Positions 1-8,271 of a stretch of DNA of 30,946 bases are shown here, piece by piece. Under the pieces are notes generated by a model, which was not told the DNA's origin, did not search any database, and saw only the letters and a program-made list of their open reading frames with translations. Source of the DNA: a virus (lineage: Duplodnaviria > Caudoviricetes); the IMG/VR virus record IMGVR_UViG_3300025103_000097, positions 1-30,946 of that record; one strand, written 5' to 3'. The position numbers and the translations under genes were made by a program. Every line of letters begins with the position of its first letter. Within the stretch, counting starts at the first letter, position 1.

Positions 1-366
1 AGAGAAGAGAAGGTAAGTGCTGAAACAAGAATACCCGAAGGTACTTATGATGTGAAGTTGCGAACAGTTGGCGGTTATCATAGTAGATATACAGATAAAT
101 TCGGTGCTGACTTTCATAAGGGAATGCTTCATGTGCAAGATGTGCCAGGGTTTGAATACATCTTAATTCATACTGGTAATACTGATGAGAACACTATGGG
201 GTGTTTGTTGGTGGCTGATAGTTCTACTCAAAATATTACGAAAGATGGATTCATTGGGGCATCTGTTAATGCCTATAAAAGAATATATCCATCGCTGGCG
301 CAGTGGCTAGTGGATGGAAACAAATTGACTATTACTTACATCGACTATGACAATCCCTTAAATTAG
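1..366 (+). CDS. DUF5675-like protein (L,D-transpeptidase-like fold, candidate lysin), 5'-truncated
   Basis: Frame 1 is open from base 1 (REEKVSAETRIPEGTYDV...). It carries the IPEGTY and ILIHTGN...GCLLV His/Cys motifs typical of the family. Confidence 0.7.
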   Translation, partial: REEKVSAETRIPEGTYDVKLRTVGGYHSRYTDKFGADFHKGMLHVQDVPGFEYILIHTGNTDENTMGCLLVADSSTQNITKDGFIGASVNAYKRIYPSLAQWLVDGNKLTITYIDYDNPLN

Positions 367-368
367 AT

Positions 369-378
369 TATATTTATA
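369..378 (+). promoter_or_regulatory. Putative late promoter motif TATATTTATA
   Basis: One of six intergenic YATATTTATW copies, each upstream of a gene start. Confidence 0.55.
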
Positions 379-413
379 AAGTATTATAGTATAAAAAATA
401 ATGGAGATGCGAA

Positions 414-908
414 ATGGCTTTAACCCCTTTTAGCAGTGCAATACTGCAGAGGTTTTCTGGATCAGGCACAGATAGTGGTTCAGTTGATAACACAAAAAGA
501 ACTCCCGCTATCTTTATAGGTGGCCATGAGTTTACTTTAATTCTTAAAGATACACATGGATCTGGTGTGCAGGCAGGTTTTAAGGTACAGGTTAATAACT
601 CTAATCCTATAGATGGTGGGAAAAAACATCATGCTGTCAATCCTATAGATTTAGCTATTGCTAACAAGACTAGTCAGCTTGTAGACAGTGGTGCTTGGGG
701 TGGCGAACAGGATCAGACTAAAGAGTCTTCAGCTTCAGCTGCAGATTTTAACACAAATTGGGTTGATCTTAATGATGCTACAATTGATACTACCGATCAA
801 TACATAGGATCGGGTTCATGGAGATATATACGACTTATTAATGCTTCAGATATTAATACCACTCTGAGCGCGTATGTATACACTAGAGATTTTAGTACAA
901 ACATTTAA
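414..908 (+). CDS. Hypothetical protein, possibly structural (S/T/G/N-rich)
   Basis: 164-aa ORF with GGAG RBS, downstream of the repeated motif. Confidence 0.6.
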   Translation: MALTPFSSAILQRFSGSGTDSGSVDNTKRTPAIFIGGHEFTLILKDTHGSGVQAGFKVQVNNSNPIDGGKKHHAVNPIDLAIANKTSQLVDSGAWGGEQDQTKESSASAADFNTNWVDLNDATIDTTDQYIGSGSWRYIRLINASDINTTLSAYVYTRDFSTNI

Positions 909-923
909 TAAAAGTAGGTCTTA

Positions 924-1205
924 ATGACACAAGTGCCAGACGATTTTCTTCCAACACGTAAAACAAAATTGTGGAAGAAGACGGTAAAGAAAGATGAAGA
1001 TTACAAACCATTAACTCCCAATTTTTGCCCTGCTAAAGATCCAAAGACTGAAAAGAAGTGTGGAAACTTTATGAGGCGTTGGGATATTATGTTTTACGAT
1101 CAGTATGGAATGTGTGAAGAGTGCTATTTGAAATACAATGATGGCAAAGGTGTAAAAATAAAAGATAAAGACCCTGAGATGGAGACAAAAAATGATGATG
1201 ATTAA
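924..1205 (+). CDS. Small Cys4 (zinc-binding) hypothetical protein
   Basis: FCP...KCG and MCEEC cysteines; tightly packed in the operon. Confidence 0.6.
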   Translation: MTQVPDDFLPTRKTKLWKKTVKKDEDYKPLTPNFCPAKDPKTEKKCGNFMRRWDIMFYDQYGMCEECYLKYNDGKGVKIKDKDPEMETKNDDD

Positions 1206-1734
1206 TCCCGAAGTGATTACGGGCAATTTTGGTGCACCAAAGCCAGCAGCTTATAAGGCTTCTTATGAGGGTGGTGATGATGTTGTAACTAGTAAAGTTG
1301 ATAGTATGAGCGATATGGAAAGAGGTTGGGCTGGATGGCCAGGTGAAAATACAACGGGTGAGATCCAACAAACTCCCAAGCTTGCTGCTATTTCTGTTAT
1401 TGAAAGTTATATTTCTAGAGTTCCAGAAATGGATGTTAAGTTCGGAAGTCCTACAGATGGCGAACTAGAAGATTGTGTCACTGTAAATTTACGCACAGAG
1501 GAAAGTGCCCCTCTTGCTAATAACGATATCTTGGTAGCACAATATCAGGCTGAATTTGCTGTTTTAATTAAATCTATCCAAGAGCAGTTGAGTCAACATG
1601 GGTTAAAGAATGTTAAGTTTGAAGAAGTGATTGTTCATGTAACTCCTGGGATGTATAGGTCGGCAGGTCAAGGGGCAGCTATGAGGCAGTCTATGTTTAC
1701 CATTGAAGGACAATATAAGTTATATCTTAATTAG
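1192..1734 (+). CDS. Hypothetical protein
   Basis: 180-aa ORF overlapping the upstream stop, with GGAG upstream. Confidence 0.6.
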   Translation: MMMINPEVITGNFGAPKPAAYKASYEGGDDVVTSKVDSMSDMERGWAGWPGENTTGEIQQTPKLAAISVIESYISRVPEMDVKFGSPTDGELEDCVTVNLRTEESAPLANNDILVAQYQAEFAVLIKSIQEQLSQHGLKNVKFEEVIVHVTPGMYRSAGQGAAMRQSMFTIEGQYKLYLN

Positions 1735-1742
1735 GGGGATTT

Positions 1743-3077
1743 ATGACCAACGAAGAGTTGCAAGAGGTTATACAGTTTAAAGATGAAGAAGATAGAAATA
1801 AAATAAAGCAATACTTTACTCAACCAGAAAACTTAGATCTCAATAAGAAGACAATAGTTTTTTCTACACCTTCAGAAACAGGTACAAGTTTTTTTAGGGC
1901 TTTTGAACCGATGCGGTCACTATGGAAAGCGTTCCCCGATGAAGCAAACTATGTATATACTGAAAACTTGCAACCTAATCATGTGAAACTTGCTGATGTA
2001 ATTGTTATGCATCGGTGTGGCAATCTTCATTCTCATTTTTTATCGGTTACAAGGATGTGGCCTAAAACTGAAAAGCGGCCCTACATTATTCACGACGCCG
2101 ATGATAATGAATTCAATTTGCCTAACACACATCCAATGAAAACCTTGTGGATGGAGAGTGGTAAAGATAAAATGTCCTTGCAATCTATCAAGCACTCTGA
2201 TTGCATAACTACTACCACTCCTAAACTAAAGAATACGTTTGAAAAGTTTAATGATAATGTAAATATTTTTCCAAATATGTTTGATTGGAACTTACCTCAA
2301 TGGAGTCACAATAAAGATGATGTAAGAAAAGAAATGCTTGGAGAATGGTTTCCTACAGACGATAAGATTATTATTGGGTGGGCAGGCCTAACATCTCACT
2401 TTGAGGATATTAAAAGAATGGCACCTATTATAAAGGCTATCCATGATAAGTATCCAAACACTCATTTTATCTTAGCTGGTATGGCACTAAAGGATACGCA
2501 AGTAGAAATCCATGAAGATGAAGATGGTAATAAAAGTTTTGAAGAAAAAGAAATAGAAAATAAAGAAGAAACTTATAAGGGCCGCATTGAGGCGCTGTAC
2601 AAGGACATAGACCCAAAAAGACTAAAGATACTTAACGCATTACCCTTGGAGTCTTATGCTAAGTTTTACGCTTTGTTTGATATAAGTTTGGCCTACATTG
2701 AGCACAATGCTTTTGCATCTTGTAAGTCAGAGATTAAGGTAGTAGAGTCATTACACTATGGATGTATTCCTGTGTTCTCTAACTATGGGGGATATGCAAC
2801 AATGTGTAAACAACTACCTTCTGAGATTTCGACTAAACATTTCGCGATGGATATGACTTCTCCTGGCCCGTGGATCAATGCCATTTCTCATCACATTGAT
2901 AATTATGAAGAGTCTAAAAGGAGAACGGCGGAGTTCACTGAATGGTCAGATCGTACTTATGATATAAATGCTTTTGCAGAAGAGAGATTAAACTTCTATA
3001 CCAAAAGATCTGAAGAGTTTCAAGAGGATTGGTATAACAATAATATAGCACAATATTTAGATTATGAAGGTGCGTAA
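1743..3077 (+). CDS. GT-B fold glycosyltransferase (GT4-like)
   Basis: IHDADDN, IIIGWAG.TSH.ED and DISLA...KSEIKVVES...GCIPVFS motifs typical of phage GT4-like enzymes. Confidence 0.8.
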   Translation: MTNEELQEVIQFKDEEDRNKIKQYFTQPENLDLNKKTIVFSTPSETGTSFFRAFEPMRSLWKAFPDEANYVYTENLQPNHVKLADVIVMHRCGNLHSHFLSVTRMWPKTEKRPYIIHDADDNEFNLPNTHPMKTLWMESGKDKMSLQSIKHSDCITTTTPKLKNTFEKFNDNVNIFPNMFDWNLPQWSHNKDDVRKEMLGEWFPTDDKIIIGWAGLTSHFEDIKRMAPIIKAIHDKYPNTHFILAGMALKDTQVEIHEDEDGNKSFEEKEIENKEETYKGRIEALYKDIDPKRLKILNALPLESYAKFYALFDISLAYIEHNAFASCKSEIKVVESLHYGCIPVFSNYGGYATMCKQLPSEISTKHFAMDMTSPGPWINAISHHIDNYEESKRRTAEFTEWSDRTYDINAFAEERLNFYTKRSEEFQEDWYNNNIAQYLDYEGA

Positions 3078-3088
3078 AGAGAATAAAG

Positions 3089-3364
3089 ATGCCAGATATT
3101 TTAATAGGAACAGATAAGTATGAAGTGTCTAGTGCCAATGGCCGATGGCAATCTTGTGATTTGGATAATGGATTTTTAGTTTTGATATCTGATGTAGTTA
3201 GTCGTGATTACATTACACAAGTATTGGTAGAATCAGACTTTCAAGCACATGAGTATAATAAAGTATTTAAGAGTCAGCCTAATAGGGCTTGGTGCTTAAG
3301 GTTTATGATTGATAAGAGTGATGAGTCTAAGGTACAGACATTGTTGGACAAATTTAATGTATAA
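3089..3364 (+). CDS. Hypothetical protein
   Basis: 91-aa ORF in operon context. Confidence 0.55.
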   Translation: MPDILIGTDKYEVSSANGRWQSCDLDNGFLVLISDVVSRDYITQVLVESDFQAHEYNKVFKSQPNRAWCLRFMIDKSDESKVQTLLDKFNV

Positions 3365-3375
3365 AAAAATAATAG

Positions 3376-3385
3376 CATATTTATT
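3376..3385 (+). promoter_or_regulatory. Putative late promoter motif CATATTTATT
   Basis: Repeated intergenic motif, followed by AGGAG RBS and a GTG start at 3400. Confidence 0.55.
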
Positions 3386-3399
3386 ATAGGAGAGTTTAC

Positions 3400-3888
3400 G
3401 TGGATAAGCTATTAAGAGAAACAATAGAAGAGATTGTAAAAGAAGAACTGGCCAAAATGATGGAGAAAAGTTCTTTTGGTGGAGCAGTTAAAAGCATCAA
3501 GAAGGGAGTGAAGGCAGGATCATCAGCTAGTAAATCCTTAGATAAATCTATGGGTGAAATAGGTGCCGCGGCCGGTGCTATTGCTAGAGTCGCGGCTGGT
3601 GTAGCAAGCAAAGTAATTGATGATGATGCAGTAGAAGACGCTAATGAAATTGCGCCTGGACCTCGTAAAAAGGTTTTGAGGAAAAAGGATGGTAAGACCC
3701 AAATAGTTAGGAAACGAAAGAAGAAGCTTCCTCTTCATATGAGAACGATTAAACCATCACAAGCTAAAAGAATAGCTCGTAAATCAGCCATTAAGAGAAA
3801 GGGTAAACAAGCCCGTATTTCTAAGAAGGCTGCTAAGACTACTAAGAAAGGCCGTGCAATGGGCCTGTATAAGAAGCCAGGTAGGTGA
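3400..3888 (+). CDS. Basic prohead core protein, T4 gp68-like
   Basis: C-terminal AKRIARKSAIKRKGKQARISKKAAKTTKKGRAMGL resembles the gp68 RQIARKA..K...RKALGL tail. The N-terminus has LRE/IEE/VKE protease-type sites. Confidence 0.55.
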   Translation: MDKLLRETIEEIVKEELAKMMEKSSFGGAVKSIKKGVKAGSSASKSLDKSMGEIGAAAGAIARVAAGVASKVIDDDAVEDANEIAPGPRKKVLRKKDGKTQIVRKRKKKLPLHMRTIKPSQAKRIARKSAIKRKGKQARISKKAAKTTKKGRAMGLYKKPGR

Positions 3889-4070
3889 TGAATCATAGAG
3901 ACCATCTCATCTGTGGTGTATGCCGCGGAACGAAAGTTATTAGAAAGGTTGTACAAGAGATGAACAAGGTAGACATTTGCCCTAAGTGTAAGGGTAATGG
4001 ACACCTATCTAGTAGCGAAGATTTACAAGAACGAGATAATAATAAAAAACAAGTACTCCTTAAGGGATAG
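3885..4070 (+). CDS. DnaJ-type zinc-finger small protein
   Basis: CGVCRGTK and CPKCKGNG (CxxCxGxG-type) repeats. Confidence 0.7.
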   Translation: MMNHRDHLICGVCRGTKVIRKVVQEMNKVDICPKCKGNGHLSSSEDLQERDNNKKQVLLKG

Positions 4071-4079
4071 AGAAAAACA

Positions 4080-4427
4080 GTGGCTATAACTTATGTAGGT
4101 GAATGCAGAAGCTTAACTAAATATACGGGTACTACAGCAGTGTCGGGTGGTAGCTTAACTGGGTATGTAAAAACCATTACTGCTTTTTATACTGGTACAG
4201 AAGATGGTACTAATTATGAAGCTTCGGCAGTGATTAATATTCCATTAGCTGATCCAGCGAGTGTTGATCTTGCAGACTTAACTCCTTATGATGATTTAAC
4301 TAACTCTTGGGCACAAACTAAAATTGATAGTTATCTTCCTAATGTAAAAGTCTGGATAGATAAAGAAATAGCAAAACAACATAGACCTGTTGAGGAAAAG
4401 GGCGACCCTCCTTGGCAGGGAGCATAA
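4080..4427 (+). CDS. Conserved small phage protein (PYxDLT...PPW family, often tail-fibre associated)
   Basis: MAITY start, TPYDDLT motif, IDKEIAKQ..P....PPW end. Confidence 0.55.
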   Translation: MAITYVGECRSLTKYTGTTAVSGGSLTGYVKTITAFYTGTEDGTNYEASAVINIPLADPASVDLADLTPYDDLTNSWAQTKIDSYLPNVKVWIDKEIAKQHRPVEEKGDPPWQGA

Positions 4428-4433
4428 TTTATT

Positions 4434-4716
4434 GGGCTAGAAGGGCATCGACAGGTACGACAACCAGAATCGGGCAAGCCGAAGAATGATAGAGGCTTCG
4501 TAAAAAACCTATCAAACTTTTATCTGCCGAAGAAACGACAGAATACGCACTAGCCGCTTAGAGTTAGTGCCGAATAGGTAGTGATAACTTATTCTTTCAT
4601 ATCTATCTTATTCGTTATGTAGAAAGAAGCATTGTCGATTTAGAACATTCAAGCTTGTGTATCTCGACCTCGTTATTGTAAACTGGACCGCGGTTCGATT
4701 CCGCGCTAGTCCACCA
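4434..4716 (+). ncRNA. ssrA: tmRNA (transfer-messenger RNA), tag peptide (A)AEETTEYALAA
   Basis: Acceptor stem GGGCTAG (4434-4440)/CTAGTCC (4706-4712) with G3:U70, then encoded ACCA. T-arm CGCGG-TTCGATT-CCGCG preceded by GGAC; 5' ...TCGAC motif; PK1-like pairing CGAAG/CTTCG and TGATAG/CTATCA; tag frame 4526-4561 ending YALAA-TAG. Confidence 0.96.
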
Positions 4717-4823
4717 ATAAAGTGACACCAAAATGAGGTAAATAGTCAAAAAGTGGAGTACCCATTTTTCCGGCAACCCCATTTTTTCTCTATATACGAC
4801 TTTTTTTATGAAAGGAAATAAAG

Positions 4824-5126
4824 ATGGCAAAGGCAAAAGCAAAAGCAAAGACCAAAGCAACTCCACCGGCCGCAGAAGCACCAGCAGAGGCTCCAGTAGA
4901 GGAAGTAGAAGAGACATCACCGGAACCTGAACCAGTCAAATCTCCTGCGACCACAAGCACTTCCGCAAAGAAAAATGAGGTCTTTCGGGCGCCTTTTGAA
5001 ACGGACGTAGATCGTCATATAGCTGATTTTGTAGCTGAACATAATATTTCCGACTATAAAATTACGGAAGTAATAGGTCACGTAGAGGCTGCTGATAACT
5101 ATTGGCAGAAGACTATAGAGTATTAA
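4824..5126 (+). CDS. Hypothetical protein with low-complexity K/A/P/E N-terminus
   Basis: 100-aa ORF with AAGGA RBS, followed by a terminator. Confidence 0.6.
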   Translation: MAKAKAKAKTKATPPAAEAPAEAPVEEVEETSPEPEPVKSPATTSTSAKKNEVFRAPFETDVDRHIADFVAEHNISDYKITEVIGHVEAADNYWQKTIEY

Positions 5127-5155
5127 AAGACAATAGGTGTTATGAGTAAAAAAAG

Positions 5156-5181
5156 AAGAGGGCGTTTAGCCCTCTTTTTTT
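5156..5181 (+). terminator. Rho-independent terminator (possibly bidirectional)
   Basis: AAGAGGGC-GTTTA-GCCCTCTT plus T-run; an A-run lies on the 5' side. Confidence 0.85.
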
Positions 5182-5190
5182 ATATTTATT
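5181..5190 (+). promoter_or_regulatory. Putative late promoter motif TATATTTATT
   Basis: Directly after the terminator, at the head of the 5.2-11.3 kb small-gene cluster. Confidence 0.6.
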
Positions 5191-5228
5191 AGGCAAAAAC
5201 ATTAATTACACAAGCTCAGAGAGAAGAT

Positions 5229-5465
5229 ATGAAACTAAAGGATGTGGTAGAGTCCAATTGGATTAAGAAGGCTATTAAAAAGCCAGGAGCACTTCGTAAA
5301 CAGATGGGCGTCAAGAAGGGCGAAAAGATTCCAGCCGAAAAGATTAACAAGAAGATCGCCACTCTGAAGAAAAAGGGTGAAGGCGATAAGAAGTTGACTA
5401 AGCCAGAGAGAACAGAGTTGAGAAGATTGAATCTGGCTAAGACTCTTAGAGGTATGAAGAAATGA
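5229..5465 (+). CDS. Small basic protein with MKL leader (putative internal head protein)
   Basis: MKLKDVVE|S leader; WIKKAIKKPGALRKQMGV motif; highly Lys-rich. Confidence 0.7.
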   Translation: MKLKDVVESNWIKKAIKKPGALRKQMGVKKGEKIPAEKINKKIATLKKKGEGDKKLTKPERTELRRLNLAKTLRGMKK

Positions 5466-5833
5466 GATTAAAAGGTTTACTAAACGAAGCAAAGAAAGAT
5501 CTCGACATACATAGAGAGTATGAAGCTGGCGATGCATTTGCAGTTCCAAGAGAAAAGGGCAGAGTGTTTATCATTCTGCATCCATACCATGCAGCACAAG
5601 GTGTTAAGAAATGGACCGGTATAGAGTTTGTTTTGGATGGTAAGTACTCTTACATGGCTTCAGCAGATGTTACTACTGCTGGCGATGAACAAGCCTTCAA
5701 GGGTTATAAGAAAATAAAACTTACTAGTAAAATGAAGAAGCAGATTCAACAGGTCTTGAAAGACCCCGAAGAGATTGATAGAATAAATGACTCAGATACT
5801 AAACTTAGAGATGTTGAGAGAGCTATACGATGA
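5462..5833 (+). CDS. Hypothetical protein with MRL...LNE leader (putative internal head protein)
   Basis: MRLKGLLNE|A; ATGA coupling on both sides. Confidence 0.65.
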   Translation: MRLKGLLNEAKKDLDIHREYEAGDAFAVPREKGRVFIILHPYHAAQGVKKWTGIEFVLDGKYSYMASADVTTAGDEQAFKGYKKIKLTSKMKKQIQQVLKDPEEIDRINDSDTKLRDVERAIR

Positions 5834-6366
5834 AGCTGAACGAAGTTCTTTATGATGATAAACAACGACTATTAGAGTTAGCTTTATTTATGTCTTTAAA
5901 TCCTCATCAACTTAATGAGGGGGTTGGTGATGGTGTTATAAGAGCCGCTAAGAAGGCTGGTTTAAATATTGGATCTGGTCGTGGATTACTACAAATACTA
6001 TCAAAGGTTGGAGGTCATATTAGCAAGATTATTTATTATGCTATCAAAGCCCAAGCAGGTGATAAGAGTGCTAAAAATGATTTGAAGGAGTTATTAAAGA
6101 AAAAAGCCAGCAAGGAAGATTTGATTGATTTCTTCTTTAAGCTAGACACTTTAACATTAAGTGCCTTAACTGGGCCTATACATGTTATAGATGCTCTCAC
6201 TGGTTGGCATATTGTAGCTAACCTTAAAGACAAAGGTAAAACATCCGATAGTCGTATCAAAGACGCTATTAGTGATTTAAGTAGATCAATAGAAACTTTA
6301 CCCGATAAGTTAAAAAGAAAAGTTTTAAACAACATAGCTAAAATAAAAAAGCTTACTAGCATATAA
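5830..6366 (+). CDS. Hypothetical helical protein with MKL leader
   Basis: MKLNEVL...QLNE|G; coupled ORF. Confidence 0.65.
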   Translation: MKLNEVLYDDKQRLLELALFMSLNPHQLNEGVGDGVIRAAKKAGLNIGSGRGLLQILSKVGGHISKIIYYAIKAQAGDKSAKNDLKELLKKKASKEDLIDFFFKLDTLTLSALTGPIHVIDALTGWHIVANLKDKGKTSDSRIKDAISDLSRSIETLPDKLKRKVLNNIAKIKKLTSI

Positions 6367-6376
6367 GAGAATATAA

Positions 6377-6601
6377 ATGAAAATGATTGATATTATAGAA
6401 GGCCGTAATCCTCATATTACTAGAAAGGATATGGCAGAGATCAAACTCTTTACTGAAAAAAATGTTCCTAACGATAAGAAAAAGTGGGCAGCAAGTAAGG
6501 CCGCAGCCAAAAGAAAGTTTAAAGTTTACCCTTCTGCGTATGCTAATGCATGGGCCGCTAAAAATTATAAATCCAAAGGTGGAACTTGGAGAACTAAGTA
6601 A
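6377..6601 (+). CDS. Small basic conserved viral protein (YPSAYAN...KGG.W) with leader
   Basis: MKMIDIIE|G leader; KFKVYPSAYANAWAAKNYKSKGGTW motif. Confidence 0.7.
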   Translation: MKMIDIIEGRNPHITRKDMAEIKLFTEKNVPNDKKKWAASKAAAKRKFKVYPSAYANAWAAKNYKSKGGTWRTK

Positions 6602-6897
6602 TGAAGCTTCAAGATGTTCTAAATGAAAAGACTCCCGTCAAAGGTGAGCTGGGTAAGTGGTTTAAGGAAAAGTGGGTAGATATAAGTCGTAAAGACAAGT
6701 CTGGTAAGCATCCCAAGTGTGGAGCATCCGCTGGAAGTAAGGGTCGTAAGGGTGGCCAAAGAGCGTATCCTAAGTGTCGCAAGGCATCAGTTGCTGCAGG
6801 TATGAGTAAGAAGGATAAGAAAAACGCAGTTGCAAGAAAACGTAAAAATTATGGTAGTAAGGGTAGCCCTAAGAAAAAACCAGTAATGACAAAATAG
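6601..6897 (+). CDS. Small basic conserved viral protein (WFKEKWVDI...YPKCR) with leader
   Basis: MKLQDVLNE|K leader; LGKWFKEKWVDI, PKCG and YPKCR motifs. Confidence 0.7.
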   Translation: MKLQDVLNEKTPVKGELGKWFKEKWVDISRKDKSGKHPKCGASAGSKGRKGGQRAYPKCRKASVAAGMSKKDKKNAVARKRKNYGSKGSPKKKPVMTK

Positions 6898-6906
6898 AGA
6901 TATAAG

Positions 6907-7203
6907 ATGAAACTAAGTGATGTGCTAGAGGCAGAGTATCAAGGTCGTACAGTAAAATTAAACAAACCTACAAGGGGTGACACCAAGAAGTCAAAGGTGT
7001 ATGTTAATAGTGGCAAGAAAAATAAAGATGGTACTATAAAGGTTAAGAAGGTAGAGTTTGGTCACAAGGGTAAGGGTGGTGAAAAAACCATGAAGATAAA
7101 GAAAAGTAATCCTAAGAGAAGAAAATCTTTTAGGGCAAGACATAACTGTGATAATCCTGGCCCGAAGACAAAGGCTCGTTATTGGAGCTGTAAGGCGTGG
7201 TAA
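6907..7203 (+). CDS. Small basic conserved viral protein (DUF6321-like) with leader
   Basis: MKLSDVLE|AEYQGR leader; RRKSFRARHNCDNPGPKTKARYWSC.W motif. Confidence 0.7.
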   Translation: MKLSDVLEAEYQGRTVKLNKPTRGDTKKSKVYVNSGKKNKDGTIKVKKVEFGHKGKGGEKTMKIKKSNPKRRKSFRARHNCDNPGPKTKARYWSCKAW

Positions 7204-7267
7204 AATCCACGTAATGGTTGATGTAAAAAAATAAAGGTTCTCTCTGCAACATTTTATAAGGAGAACT

Positions 7268-7690
7268 GTGGTGGAACGATATCCCCCGTGGGAAAAAATA
7301 GCATCACCTACTGAGTTGAGAAAAAAGTATGAGTCGGCTAGAACTGAGATAATAAATTATAAGAAATCGGCCCAGCTGGCCAATCAAGGTACGAAAATAA
7401 TAGCAAAAGATAGGGAGAAGTATAAAAGGGAAGCAAAACTTGCAAATAAAAATGTATTAACTTTAACCAAAAAACAAAAGGCTTCTGAAGAGGCAAACAA
7501 ATCCACAATGTGGTCTGGTGCCGCAGCAATATGCGTAACCATACTTTATGAAACTTGGAAAATAGCAGGGTTTCCAGGCGGTAGCAAGTGGATGGGCTGG
7601 TGGGAACATGAAGCTGTATATGGTGTTATGATGTGGTTTGCAACTATTATTTTTTCTCAACTATATAAGTTATCTAGACCACAACATTAA
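7268..7690 (+). CDS. Coiled-coil plus two-TM membrane protein
   Basis: Charged helical N-half, two hydrophobic C-terminal segments; AGGAG RBS. Confidence 0.6.
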   Translation: MVERYPPWEKIASPTELRKKYESARTEIINYKKSAQLANQGTKIIAKDREKYKREAKLANKNVLTLTKKQKASEEANKSTMWSGAAAICVTILYETWKIAGFPGGSKWMGWWEHEAVYGVMMWFATIIFSQLYKLSRPQH

Positions 7691-7699
7691 AGAAATATC

Positions 7700-8086
7700 T
7701 TGGCTAAAAGAAAACTAAATATTTTAGAGTCAAGAGTAATAGAAAGGGCTGATGATTTCTTAGATGGTGAAGAAGGATACAAAACCCCTTCTTCAATTTC
7801 TTTCGCGTATAAGGAACTAAAAAAAGAAGTCAGAAGACTGCAAAGAATAAGTGATGATACACCAGTAGCTTCTATAAAGAAAAAACCAGTTGATAACGGA
7901 CATCACCCTGCCGTAACAGGATTAAGTGTTGGGGGAGCTAAGGAGTTATTGGATTGGATCTTAGCTATCGCTACAGAAAATGATAGATATGGTCAAGAGT
8001 TTTTACAGTTATCATTTGTAGACGGTGGTATTACAGCAATAATAGCAGCCACTGCTGCATGGTTAGCAAAAGGAAGTAGCCGATAA
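7700..8086 (+). CDS. Hypothetical protein with hydrophobic C-terminus
   Basis: TTG-start ORF ending GGITAIIAATAAWLAKG. Confidence 0.55.
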   Translation: MAKRKLNILESRVIERADDFLDGEEGYKTPSSISFAYKELKKEVRRLQRISDDTPVASIKKKPVDNGHHPAVTGLSVGGAKELLDWILAIATENDRYGQEFLQLSFVDGGITAIIAATAAWLAKGSSR

Positions 8087-8115
8087 TAAGAGTACATAGT
8101 TGGAGAGTAGTGCGG

Positions 8116-8232
8116 ATGGAAAACCCAGAAGAAATAAGTGGGGTTTTATTTATTTGTGGTATTGTTATGTTTTTATCGGCATGGCTGATTGTTGTGGTAT
8201 TGAAGGCACTAGATGACGATGATCGCCGCTGA
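8116..8232 (+). CDS. 38-aa single-pass membrane microprotein (not in ORF track)
   Basis: GGAG at 8102-8105; MENPEEISGVLFICGIVMFLSAWLIVVVLKALDDDDRR fills the intergenic gap. Confidence 0.6.
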   Translation: MENPEEISGVLFICGIVMFLSAWLIVVVLKALDDDDRR

Positions 8233-8271
8233 AAAAATAATTAAAAGATTATAGATATTGTGGAGGATGAG

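Noticed and set aside
414-460. AILQRF segment resembling the TIMQRW N-terminal motif
   Set aside because: Lacks the Trp, and the similarity is too short to support.
4685-4716. tRNA gene or attP-like tRNA 3' fragment
   Set aside because: Its acceptor partner is about 270 nt upstream with a tag frame in between, so it is the tmRNA 3' end.
4615-4920. Minus-strand 101-aa Leu-rich ORF
   Set aside because: Antisense to the tmRNA 3' end and to the 4824 gene; its composition reflects the opposite strand.
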